In this document: in pieces, positions 34,129 to 50,600 of the stretch
How positions within the stretch are numbered: the first letter of the stretch is position 1
How the letters are laid out: each line of letters begins with the position of its first letter
Assembly (NCBI RefSeq): GCF_009914755.1
Contig: NC_060940.1
Length of the DNA: 64,000 bases
Strand: one strand, 5' to 3'
Origin: the human T2T-CHM13v2.0 reference genome, Homo sapiens
Notes under the pieces: generated by a model
Told to the model about the DNA's origin: nothing
What the model saw: the letters and a program-made list of their open reading frames with translations, nothing else
Databases searched by the model: none
Position numbers and translations under genes: made by a program

Positions 34129-34874
34129 TAGAGACGAGGTCCTGCTATCTTAACCAGGTTGGTCTCAACCTCCTGGGCTCAAGTGATGCTCCCACCTGGG
34201 CCTCCCAAAGGGCTGGGATTACAGGTGTGAGCCACCGGGCCCAGCCCAGAATGGATAAAATAAAATAAAATGATCTGTGAGAGATTTACTTTAGAGTCAA
34301 AGACACAAGAGTTGAAAGTAGAAGGATGCAAAAAGAAACCATGTGAGGAGTTATTAAAAGAGAGCTAGGGTGGCTACACAAGCGTGAGACAAATTAGACT
34401 TTAAGACAAAAATTCTTACTGAAGCCTGGGCGAGGTGGCTCATGCCTGTAATCCCAGCACTTTGGGAGGCTAAGATGTGTGGATCACCTGACGTCAGGAG
34501 TTCAAGACTAGCCTGACCAACATGGTGAAACCCCATCTGTACTAAAACTACAAAAATTAGCTGGGCGTGGTGGCATGCACTATAGTCCCAGCTACTCGGG
34601 AGGCTGAGACAGGAGCTCCTAATTGCTTGAACCTGGGAGGCGGAGGTTGCAGTGAGCCGAGATAGCACCACTGCACTCCAGCCTAGGCGACAGAACAAGA
34701 CTCTGTCTCCAAAAAAAAAAAAATTGTTACTAAAGATACAATATCTTTTATAATGATAAAAGAGGCAGTTTATGAGGAAGACAAAATGATTGTAAACATA
34801 TATACTCCTAACAACAGAGCCCAAAATACATGAAGCAAAAACTAATAAAACTGAAGGGAACTGAACTGAATTAG

Positions 34875-35126
<252 letters not shown>

Positions 35127-35507
35127 TAGCCAGGATGGTCTCGATCTCCTGACCTCGTGATCCACCCACCTCGTCCTCCCAAACTGCTGGGATTACAAGC
35201 ATGAGCCACTGCTCCCGGCCCCCACTTTCAATAACGGATAAAACAACGAGGCAGAAGATCAACCAGGAAGTAGAAGCCTTGAACAACACTGTAAGCCAAG
35301 ACCTGAAAGACATCGAAACACTCCACACAGCAGCAGAACACACATTGTTCTCAGCTACGCATGACACACTCTTCAGGATAGACTTATACTAGGCCTTAAA
35401 ACAAGCCTCAATAAATGGAAAAGGATTGAAATTATATAAAGTCTGTTCCCCAGCTGCAATGGAATTAAATTAGAAAATGACAACCGAGGAAATTAACAAA
35501 TATGTAG

Positions 35508-35765
<258 letters not shown>

Positions 35766-36575
35766 TAAAGTGCTGGGATTACAGGCGTGAGGCACCATGC
35801 CCGGCTAGAAATATGTAGAAATTTAAAAACACTCCTAAATAATCAATGAGTGAAAGATGAAATCACAGGGAAATTAGAAAATATCTTGAGATGAATGGAA
35901 ACTAACACACAACATAACATAACTTACTGAATGCAGCTAAAGCAGTGCTTAGAGAGACATTTGTAACTATGTCAATATTAGAAAAGAAGAAAGATTTCTA
36001 ATTAATAACCTAAACTTCTGCCTTAAGAAACTAGAAAAAGAAGAGCAAACTCAACCAAAAGAAAGCCAAAGGAAGGAAATAATAAAGGTAGGAGTAAAAA
36101 TAAATGAAATAGAAAATAGAAAAAATAGAGAAAGTCAGTAAAACCAAAAGTTTTTTCTTGGAAAAGAGCAACAAAATGACAACTGTTTAGCTAGACTGAC
36201 CAAGCAAAAAAAAAAAAAAAAAAAAAAAAGAGAAGACTCAGATTAATACCTCAGGCATGAAAAGGGAGCTATCAATACTTATAAAAAGTAAAGGGGGGCT
36301 GGGTGCAGTGGTTCTCGCCTGTAATTCCAGCACTGTGGGAGGCCGAGGCGGGTGGATCATTTGAGGTCAAGAGTTCAAGACCAGCCTGGCCAACATGTGA
36401 AACCCTGTCTCTACTAAAAATACAAAAATTAGCCAGGCGTGGTGGCGGGCGCCTGTAATCCCACCTACTCAGGAGGCTGAGGCAAGAGAATCACTTGAAC
36501 TTGGGAGGCAGAGGTTGCAGTGAGCTGGGATCGTGTAACTGCACTCCGCCTAGAAGACAGAACAAGAGTCCATCT

Positions 36576-36576
<1 letters not shown>

Positions 36577-36611
<35 letters not shown>
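36577..36611 (+). repeat. (CA)n microsatellite in an Alu tail
   Basis: Direct reading. Confidence 0.95.
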
Positions 36612-36616
<5 letters not shown>

Positions 36617-39600
36617 TAAAGGAATAATAAGGGAACACTGTGAACAACTGCATGCCAGCAAGTTAGATAAATAGAAGAAATGAAAAAATTCCTAGAAAGA
36701 CATAAATTACCAAAACTGACATAAGAAGGAGAACCCATAAATAATCTGAACAGACTTACAACATGGAAAAAGATTTAATTAGTCATTTAAAAATTTTCAA
36801 CAAAGAAAATTCCAGACCCAGATGGCTTCACTGGTGATTTCTATCGAATATTTAAAGAAAAATTAGTACAAATCCCTCACAAACTCTTTCAAAAAAAGAA
36901 GAGGAAGGGACCGTGAGGCCAGTATTACCCTGATACCAAAGCTAGAAAAAGATATCACAAGAAAACTTCAGACTAATATCCCTTGTGAGTATAGAAACAA
37001 AAGTCCTCCACAAGCTACAAGCAAACCGGTTGGGTATGATGACTCACACCTGTAATCCCAGCACTTTGGGAGGCTGAGGCAGGCGGATCACTTGTGGCCA
37101 GGAGTTGGAGACCAGCCTGGCCAACATAGCAAAACCCTATCTCTACTATTAATAAAAATACAAAAATTAGCTGGGTGTGGTGGCACACACCTGTAATCCC
37201 AGCTACTCTGGTGGCTAAGGCACAAGAATTGCCTGAACCCAGGAGGCGGAGGTTGCAGTGAGCTGAGATCACGCCACTGCGCTCCAGCATGGAAGAGAGA
37301 GCGAGACTCTGTCTCAAAACAACAACAACAAAAAGACACCAGCAAAACAAATCAAGAAACGTATACAAAGGATTATACACCATAACCAAGTGGGATTTAT
37401 CCCAGGAATACAAGGTTGGTTTAATATTTGAAAATCAATCAATGAAACACACAAAATTGAGAGAATAAAGAATAAAAATTACATGATCATCTCAATAGAT
37501 GCTGAAAAAGCAAGACAAAATTCAACACTCTTTTATGATTATAAAATTCAATAAACTAGGAATAGAAGGAAACTTCCTCAACCTGATAAACATACCTATG
37601 AAAAATCTGTAGCTAGGCCAGGCAGGGTGGCTCATGCCTATAATCCTGGCACTTTGGGAGGTTGAAGTGGGTGGCTTGCTTGAGCCCAGGAGTTTAAGAC
37701 CAGCCTGGGCAACATGGTGAAAGCCCATCTCTACAAAAAATACAAAAACTAGCCAGGCATGGTGGTTCACACCTGTAGTCCCAGCTACTTGGGAGGCTGA
37801 AGTAGGAGGATTGCTTGAGCACAGGAGATCGAGGCTGCAGTGAGCCATGATTGAGCTACTGCACTCCAGCCAGGGTGACAGAGGGAGACACTGTCTAAAA
37901 AAAAAAAAAAAACTACAGCTAATATTGTATTTCATGCTATTAAATTAATAGACTGAGAGCTTTCCCTCTAAGATCAGGAAACAGAAAAGATGTCCACTCT
38001 TACCACTTCTAGTCAACATTCTACTGGGAGTTTTAGCCCAGGCAATTAGGCAAGAAAAAGAAATAAAAGCCATCCACAAATAGAGATGTAAAACTGTCTC
38101 TATTTGCAGATGACATGAGATTGTATGTAGAAAATTCTAAGGAATCCACTAAATAGGAAACTCCAAGGGGCCTCAAATAGTGAAAACAAAATTTAAAACA
38201 AAGTAGCAGTACTTACATTTCCCAATATCAAAACTTACTACAAAGCTGCAGTAATCTAAACAGTGTGGTAGTGGCATAAGGCTAGATAAATAGACCTATG
38301 GAAAAGAATTAAGAATCCAGAAATAAACCCAAACATTTATCGTCAACTGATACATATATTTTTTACATCCATGATACACACTGGATGTCAATTTGATATT
38401 TGACAATGTTACCAAGACCATTCGATGGGGAAAATGATAATCTTTTCTAAAAAAATGGTGCTGGAGGCCGGGTGCAGTGGCTCACGCCTGTAATCCCAAC
38501 ACGCTGGGAGGCCGAGGTGGGCGGATCACGAGGTCAGGAGATCGAGACCATCCTGGCTAACGTGGTGAAACCCCGTCTCTACTAAAAATATAAAAACTTA
38601 GCTGGGCGTGGTGGCAGGTGCCTGTAGTCCCAGATACTGGGGAGGCTGAGGCAGGAGAATGGTGTGAACCCGGGAGATGGAGGTTAGTGAGCCGAGATTG
38701 CACCACTGCCCTCCAGCCTGGGCGATAGAGCAAGACTCCATCTCAAAAAAAAAAAAAAAAAAATGGTGCTGGGACAACTGGATAAACACATGCACAGGAA
38801 TGAAATTGGACCACTATCTCACTCTGTCTACAAAAATTAACTCAAAATAGATCATAGACTCTAAAATAAAATCTAAAACTCCTAGAAAAAAAAATAAGGT
38901 AAATCTTCATGGCCTTGAATATGACAATGGATTCTTAGATTTGGCACCAAAAGCTTGAACAATGGAAGAAAAAACAGAAAAATTTAAAACTTCTGTACGT
39001 CATGAGACATCATCAAGAATGTGAGAAGAGGCCAGGCCGGTGGCTCATGCCTGTAATCCCAGCACTTTGGGAGGCTGAGTTAGGCGGATCCCTTGAGCCC
39101 GGGGGGTTCGAGACCAGCCTGGCCAACGTGGTGAAACCCCATCTCTACTAAAAATACAAAAATTAGCCTGGTGTGGTGGCAGGTCCTGTAATCCCAGCAC
39201 TTTTGGACACCGAGTTCAAGACCACCCTGGGCAATATAGCAGGACCCCCTCTCTACCAAAAAAATTTTTTTCTCTTTTTTTTTCTTTTTTGAGATGGAGT
39301 CTCACCCTGTTGCCTAGGCTGGAGTGCAGTGGCATGATCTCAGTTCCTTGCAACCTTCACCTCTTGGGCTAGAGTGATTCTCCTGCCCCAGCCTCCTGAG
39401 TAGCTGGGATTACAGGCTCCCACCACCACGCCTTGCTAATTTTTGTATTTTTAGTAGAGACGGGGTTTCACCATGTTGGCCAGGCTGGTCTCAAACTCCT
39501 GACCTCAAGTGGTCTGCACACCTCAGCCTCCCAAAGTGCTAGGATTATAGGCATGAGCCACCATGCGCAGGCAAAAAAAAAATTTTAATTAGTGAGGTAT

Positions 39601-39777
39601 GGTGGTGTATGCCTGTAGTCCCAGCTACTTGGGAGGCTGAGGTGTGAGGATCTTCTAGCTGCGACACCAAAAGCACAAGCTATAAAAGATTGGACTTCAT
39701 AAAAATTAAAAACTGTGTGTGTCAAAGGATACTATTAGGAAAGTGAAAAGACAACCAATCATTGGATGGAAGAAAAA

Positions 39778-39779
<2 letters not shown>

Positions 39780-39813
<34 letters not shown>
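39780..39813 (+). repeat. (TG)n microsatellite
   Basis: Direct reading. Confidence 0.95.
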
Positions 39814-39815
<2 letters not shown>

Positions 39816-40087
39816 TTTTTTTTTTTTTTTTCCTGAGACAGGGACTCACTCTGTGGCTCCAGTTGGAATGCAGTGATATGATCATGGCTCACTGTAACCT
39901 CGACCTCCTGGGCTCAAGTGATCCTCCTGAGCTGGGATTATAGGCATGCACCACCACACCTGGCGGGGGAAAACATTTTCAAATCATATATTTGACAAGG
40001 GACTCATATCTAGAATATATAAAGAACAATAAAATTTCAACAATAAAAAGACAACCCAATTTAAATAAAAATAAGCAAAGGATCTGA

Positions 40088-40342
<255 letters not shown>

Positions 40343-40814
40343 TAGCCAGGATGGTCTTGATCTCCTGACCTCATGATCCGCCCGCCTCAGGCTCCCAAAG
40401 TGCTAGGATTACAGACCTAAGCCACCGCTCCTGGCCAAGATGTTCAACATCAGTAGTCGTCAGGGGAATACAAATCAAAACCATGAGCTACGTCTTCATA
40501 CATATTAGGGTGGCTGCAGTAAAAAGACAGACAATAACAAGTGTTGACAAGAATGTGGAGAAATTAGAATGCTTATTACATGGCTGGTGGGGCAGCCACT
40601 TTGGAAAACAGTTTGGCAGTTCCTCAAAATGTTAAACCTAGAGTTATTGTAAAACCCAGCAATTCTATTCCTTAGGATATACTCAAGAGAGCTGAAACAT
40701 ATGTCAACACACAAAAAAAACTTGTACACAAATGTTCATGTACTGACAACCTAAATATCCATCAACTGATGAATGGATAAGTAAAATATGATATATCCAT
40801 ACAAGAAAAAATTA

Positions 40815-40991
<177 letters not shown>

Positions 40992-40994
40992 TCA

Positions 40995-41099
<105 letters not shown>

Positions 41100-41150
41100 T
41101 CAAAAAAATAAATAAAGAAAGAAAGAAAGAAAGAAAAAAGAATGAAATAC

Positions 41151-41635
41151 TGAGGTAGGAGGTGGGACTTGACTCCAGAGTCAGCTCTTGGACACTGGAC
41201 CAAATTGAGAACTAGCTAAAATAAAGATGGAGTGGAAGCAGTTCTCCATAAGACATGCCTACCAGTGCAGCATTTCAGTTTACCATTGCCACGGCAATAG
41301 CCAGAAATTACCACCCCTTTCCATGGCAACGACCCAATGACCCAAAAGTTACCAAAATTTTCCTACAAATTTCTGCATAATCTACCCCTTAATTTGCATA
41401 CAATTAAAAGTGGGTGTAACTATGAGTGCAGACCCACCTCTGAGCTGCTACTCTGAGCACACGGCCTGCGGGGTAGCCCCGCTCCACAAGGAACAGCACC
41501 TCTGCTGCTGTGCACTGTCGCTTCAATAAAAGCTGCTGTCTAACACCACCGGCTCACCCTTGAATTATTTCCCAGACAAAACCAAGAATCCTCCTCTGCT
41601 AAACCCCAATTTGGGGGCTTGCCTGCCCTGCATCA
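41151..41635 (+). mobile_element. ERV1-class solo LTR (LTR19/MER41-related)
   Basis: TG...CA termini, AATAAA 41525-41530, 4-bp TSD ATAC/GTAC, inserted in the L1 3' region; subfamily uncertain. Confidence 0.8.
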
Positions 41636-41934
41636 GTACTGATACATGCTACAACATAGATGAATTTTGGAAACATGTAGAAAGAAGATTATCACAAAAG
41701 ATGACATGTTGCATAATTCCATTTGTGGGAAGTGTCTGCAATGGGAAATCCATACAGATAGAAAGTAAATTACTAATTCCCTAGGGCTGTGGGTCGGGGT
41801 GAGGAGGTAGGTGGCAGGGAGGAGGGTGCAGGAATGGGGAATGACTGTCAAGTGGTCAGGGTTCAGGGAGTTGAAATAATCTAAAGTTAGATTGTGGTGA
41901 TGGTCACACATATCTGTGAATATGGTAAAAATCA

Positions 41935-43645
<1,711 letters not shown>

Positions 43646-44264
43646 CAGGAAACATTTCTTTGGGAAAACTCCAAATCTATGAGGGCTTAGGTGAAAGGAA
43701 TAGAGATTTTTTTCCTGCCCTTCTAGTATGGACATGGAGAGGCAGCGTGATTGTCACCCTGAACTAAAGCACAGGCTGAGATTTTGAGTGAAGATTTCTG
43801 GAACAATGACAAAGGGGAGGGGATGGAGGGATCCCCCTGCCAGGTGTGCCATTATGAGTGGTATCAGCCAGTCAGCACCAGTGAGCTTCGAGGAAGCCTG
43901 TTCTCAGTTAAGAGGCACAGATGCCACTAGCTCCAGGCCCCCATCCTGTGGATGGTGCTCTGTCACTCTGAGCTCAGGGACCACTTAAGCCACTCAATGA
44001 TCAAACAGTCAGAAAATGCCCAGGGGGGCCCAGAGAGGATGTGCAGACAGTGAAGGAGAGAAGCTGAGGGCTTCCCCGACCACTACACGTCAAGTAGCGC
44101 CTGCCTCCTCTCCATCAGGAACCTGAGCTCTGAAGGCAGTCAGATCGCACTCAAATCTTGGCCAGAGTCAGCCTTCCCCACTGATAGCACAGAGGTAATA
44201 ATATCTATTGTCTGGGTTGTTAGATTAACGGACTCTTCATAAATTGTAGCAATTAGTATTATAA

Positions 44265-45188
<924 letters not shown>

Positions 45189-45869
45189 CACTCTGAGACA
45201 ACTTCTGAAACAACATGTCAGTTCATGACACTTTCTTACTTTAAACCCTCCTATTGTTTTCCATGGCACCTTCCTTACCTAAGCCCATAAGGCCTCACAT
45301 GAGGTGTCTTCTGCCCACCACACTGCACTTTCCCCTCCTCACTCTTCTTGGATTTCCTTCATTTTCCAGAACCCACTGGTTACGTCCCACCCAGGGCCTT
45401 GTGCCTGGGACCCTCAGCCACCAGCACCCCCAAAGCCCACTCCTCACGCACCCACAAGGTCTCCTCTCAAATGTGACCAACCCTGCTACTCCCCGCCACA
45501 CCTGTCACTGGCCTCTTTCCTGTGTGCTCCCAGCACCTGCCTTGGTTGAGCTCAGGTGTCTGTGTTCTGTCTGCTGGCTGTCCTGGCAGCTCCCCTGCCA
45601 GACAGAGCCCCAGCCCCAAGGAGTGGATGAGCAGTGCCTCACAGGGAGTGCATCCTGGATAGGCATCTGGCGGCTGAATGAGTGCCGGCCTCCTTCCAGG
45701 TGTGCAGCGGATAGTTCCGTTTGTTACTTGATCTTGAACTGTCATGAGTGCAGTGATTCTGGGAGAGGGTTTTTTTTGGCTCCTCTCCCAGTTTTTGGGG
45801 AATAGGATGGCAGAGAGAAGGCAAGATCTGCTGACATTCTAAAAAGGACATAGGGATGGGCCACGGGCA

Positions 45870-45962
45870 GGCTGGGGACTGGCTTTCTGTGAGTCTCAAG
45901 GGTTGTTGGGCTTTGGTGGGTGGGTGACTCATGGAGGGGCATTCCCTGCAGACAGTAGACAG
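45870..45962 (+). repeat. 93-bp dispersed direct repeat, copy 2
   Basis: See 44637-44729. Confidence 0.92.
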
Positions 45963-46378
45963 GTTGCTGCCCTCTGTCTCCAAAGAGGTCTTTAGGAGAA
46001 GAAACTGCAACTGGGGCCCCTGTGATGACTGGAAGATTGTGGCTCCAGGACACGGTCACTACCTTCAGGGATGGAAGTGAAGTGATGCTGAGGGGGGAGA
46101 AGAGATTCGGTAACATGCCAGCCCTCAGTCATGCAGAACAGCTGGAAGGCAGCCTCGGGGACTCTTAGAACAGGCTGGAACAGTGGCACAGCCTTCAGAA
46201 TTCCGGGAAAGCCTGTAAAAACCAATCAGGACCCGTGGCATACACCATGGTGCTCTGTGTAGCAGGTGCTGCTTTGCTGTGGCTGTTTGTGCACATGTCT
46301 GTACATACCTAAAGCACAGAGGTGTCAAATGCATTTTGTATTGTTACCACTTTACGGGTTTGAAAGCTGCTGCATCTA

Positions 46379-47225
<847 letters not shown>

Positions 47226-47344
47226 TGAAGGCCAGTGGCTGCCAGGGATTCCCCACCTGCCACCCCACCCATCCCAGCACCTTCCAGATCCTCCAGAGTG
47301 AAGCAGAGAAATAATGAGACATCAGCCTATAGGAAGGAGATCCA

Positions 47345-49588
47345 GGAGAGGAAAAAGAAACAAGTTTTATTAAAGCCCCAAACACTTGGCTAGAAAAACT
47401 GAAAAGGAAAGAGAGCAGGGAGGTGGGGAGAAGAAAAAAGGACATTAAAAAAAGAGACAGAGAAAACGCAGCAACCCTTTTCCATTTAGAAATTGTCAAG
47501 TTACACCGACAGAGGTCATAGAATATCCACAGAAGCCATCACCGCTACACCAACATGGGCCCTACAGGGTGGATGGGGCAGGGTGTGGAGCCGGGGCTCA
47601 CCCCAGGGGGCCCTCTGGGGACCCCACTCCGAGCCTCAGGCCTGAGGCTCCTGGGGGAAACAGCATATTGTGGAAGGGGCAGGAAATCCCCCATGCAAGT
47701 AACACAGCACAGTGGGCGGGGGCTGAGAGGACCAGGTACAGGGGTCCCCCGAGACGTCTTAGTTTTCTCTTGGTCAAGCACACACTGATGGACAGAGCAG
47801 CGAGGCGCATGCAGCTGGGGGCACTGATGTGTTGCAGGCTGTGAGAGGGCCAGTGGGGACGGGGGCTCAGGAAGAGATCTGGAGCCAGTGGTGCAGGGAT
47901 GATGGAACACACGCACACAGAGGCACACCCACACACCTGGGTCTGCACCAGCACACATACGTGCACACACACACTCGGAGACACAGATTACATGCACCTC
48001 CATGTATGCGTCTCTGTCCACATGTACGTGGCCCACACACAAGTCTCTGGCGCTCGGCATGTCTGCACACACATTACACATGTTCTCACACACAAAGCTC
48101 CTCTCACGCTAACATGCAGGTAGGCACGTGCCAATGCGCAAACAGGTTACATGCACCTATGTGCCCACACCTTCCCCCACACATGTGCTCGGCCATGCCT
48201 GTGGGTGCAGGCGCCATGCGTCTGCACACACAGTGCATGGGCTTGTGCCAGCACACACACAGGCTGCACGCAATTCCACACGGATGCCTCCCGGCCCATA
48301 AATGTGCAGGAACCAAAGGGAAAGAAAGATGCAAATCCCACTGGGCTTCCCCCGAGCGGGTGGGGCAGGGCCCGTGGCTCCCTCCTTCTGCCCCTTCGTG
48401 GATGGACACTACCCCCTCACCTCCCCCACAAAGGGACATTCAACTCAGGACAATGACGGTGGGGCACACATTCCAGTCACAGGGCTGAGGGTGGGAGCTG
48501 GGGGCAAGTGAAGTAGCAAGCAGAGAGTAATGGAGTGGAGGGAGGAGGGGGCACCACTCCCCCCTCCCCTCCCAAGTCAGGGGATCTCTGTACAGCCAAA
48601 TCAAACCAGACCATTTCACTGGGACCACAGAAGCCAGGCCGACTTGCCCGCCCCCCCAGTCCCCTCCCCCGCCAAAACAGTGGCCAGGAAGAGTGCCGTG
48701 GTTTTCTTTTTTCTTTTTTAAATATTTATATATATTTATATTACGTATATTATATATATAATATGTAAATACATTTTTAAAACCATATAAAATGTTAAGA
48801 CACTTCACTTAAATGTAAAGAGTTGCCTGCAATTAAAAGTAATTGCATCATTTATGAGGTCCTTTTTTTTTTTTCTATTTTCCAGGGTTTTTTTTTTTTC
48901 CAGGAGGGATTTTTTTTTTCCTCTTTTGTTATTTTTCAAAAAGGCTTGCTCGCCTTGGTACAAAAATGATCCAAAGCTAGAAAACAGGGATGAACCAACA
49001 AAGTCAAAAACAAAAAAAGAAATGAAGAAACAACCCGTTTCCCCTCCCCCCAAACCTTCAACAGCTCCCAGCTCTCCCCAAGTGCGGACCTTCCCCAGCC
49101 AGGCCCCAGGGTCTGGGGGGCTCTGCCTTCTGCGCAGCTCCTCCTTTCTGTGCTTGCTGTGGGGGACTGATTCTAGTCCCCCTCCCCTGTGCTTGCTTCA
49201 CTTTGTGCTCCAAGTGGGAATCCTGCTGCCGGGGACACGGCTCCTCCTCCTCCTCTTCTCCTATCCTCTCCCTACTGGCCCCTCACTGTGCCCTCTGGGG
49301 GGCCAGGAGTGAGAACCAAAATTGGCCTCTCTCTGCCTCCCCAGGACCCGGCCAAAAGCCAGGTGGCACTGCCAACCGCCTCTGCAGGGCAGGCAGGGCG
49401 TCCACAGGCCAGGGGCGCTGGCTGGATGGTCAGGCCTCAGGGACCTTCAGACATCTCACCAGGGTCACCAGAGCCCCATTGAAAAACTACGTCTCATCGT
49501 TTCCTGGGAAAACCCTCAAATCACCAAGAGGATGACTGAAGGTCAAGTCACCCCACCTGTGGGTCCCAGGTGTCTTCAGTGTGTTCAT
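47345..49588 (-). pseudogene. SRCIN1: Duplicated distal 3' UTR fragment, probably of SRCIN1 (convergent neighbour of ARHGAP23); no coding exon
   Basis: Repeat-free unique sequence with AATAAA on - strand (47366-47371) followed by a U-rich tract, an AU-rich block (48720-48860) and a UG-rich tract. Position and orientation match the recalled chr17 ARHGAP23->/<-SRCIN1 layout. Identity is inferred from synteny. Confidence 0.6.
47366..47371 (-). terminator. Polyadenylation signal AATAAA of the 3' UTR fragment
   Basis: + strand TTTATT; - strand reads AATAAAACTTGTTTCTTTTTCC. Confidence 0.55.
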
Positions 49589-49941
49589 TAATTTTTTTAT
49601 TTTCAGATGTTACATTTATCTTATTTCTGTGATTTTATTCTAGTAGATATAGCCGAATGCACATTAATAATTATTGTAACAATCACATTCTCATTTTGTA
49701 TTTGAATTTTCATATTTAAGATTTTAATTTTAATATAAAATATTTTTCTACAATTGTCTATTTTCCATTTTTGTGAGATAAAATTAGCATATACAAAATG
49801 CACAGATTTTCCAGGTACGGTTAGAGGGTTTCAGGCAAATGTGCACATACTTGTCTACAGCAGCTAAGTGAGGGTGAGGAACAGGTCCATCTCCCCACAA
49901 AGTGTCCTCTTCAGTGCTTCCAGTTAGTTCTCACATAACGA

Positions 49942-50600
49942 TTTTTTTTTATTTCAACTTTATAATTTAGAAACAGAGGGTTCATGTGTGGATTTGTTAC
50001 ATGGGATTATTGGGTGATGCTGAGGTTTGGAATACAGATTTCATCACCCTCTCCCTCCACTGTCTAGCAGTCCACAGTGTCTGTTGCTCCCATATTTATC
50101 CATGTGTGCTCAATGCTGAGGTGCCACTTAGGAGAATATGTGGTGTTCAGTTTTCTTTTCCTGAATTAATTTGTTGAGGATTAAGAACTCCAGCTCCATT
50201 TGTTTTGCTGCAAAGGACATGATTTCATTCTTTTTTATGGCTGTGTAGTATTATACATTTTACATATACCACATTTTATATATCCACTCTACCATTGATG
50301 TGCATCTGGGCTGATCTTTGTCTTTGCCACTGTGAATAACACAGCAATAAACATACACACACATGTGTCTCTTTGGTAGAATTATTTGTTTACCTTGTAG
50401 TGTATACCATGTAGAAGGATAGCTGGTTCATATAATATCTCCGTTTTAAGTTCTTTGAGAAATCTCCAGTCTGCTTTCCAAAGTGGGTGGACTAATTTAT
50501 ATTCCCATTAACAGTGTGTAAGTGTTTTCTTTTCACCACAGCCCCATCAGTATCCATTGGTTTTTGACTTTTTAGTGATAAAAATTTGAGTGGTGTGAGG
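49942..50600 (-). mobile_element. L1PA/PB-type 3' end, antisense
   Basis: Poly-T then typical L1 3' UTR/ORF2-end reverse complement (catgatttcattcttttttatggctg...tagtatt). Confidence 0.85.

Noticed and set aside
47545-48488. Long His/Thr/Cys-rich ORFs (182-219 aa)
   Set aside because: Low-complexity CA/TG-rich sequence open in several frames on both strands; better explained as UTR.
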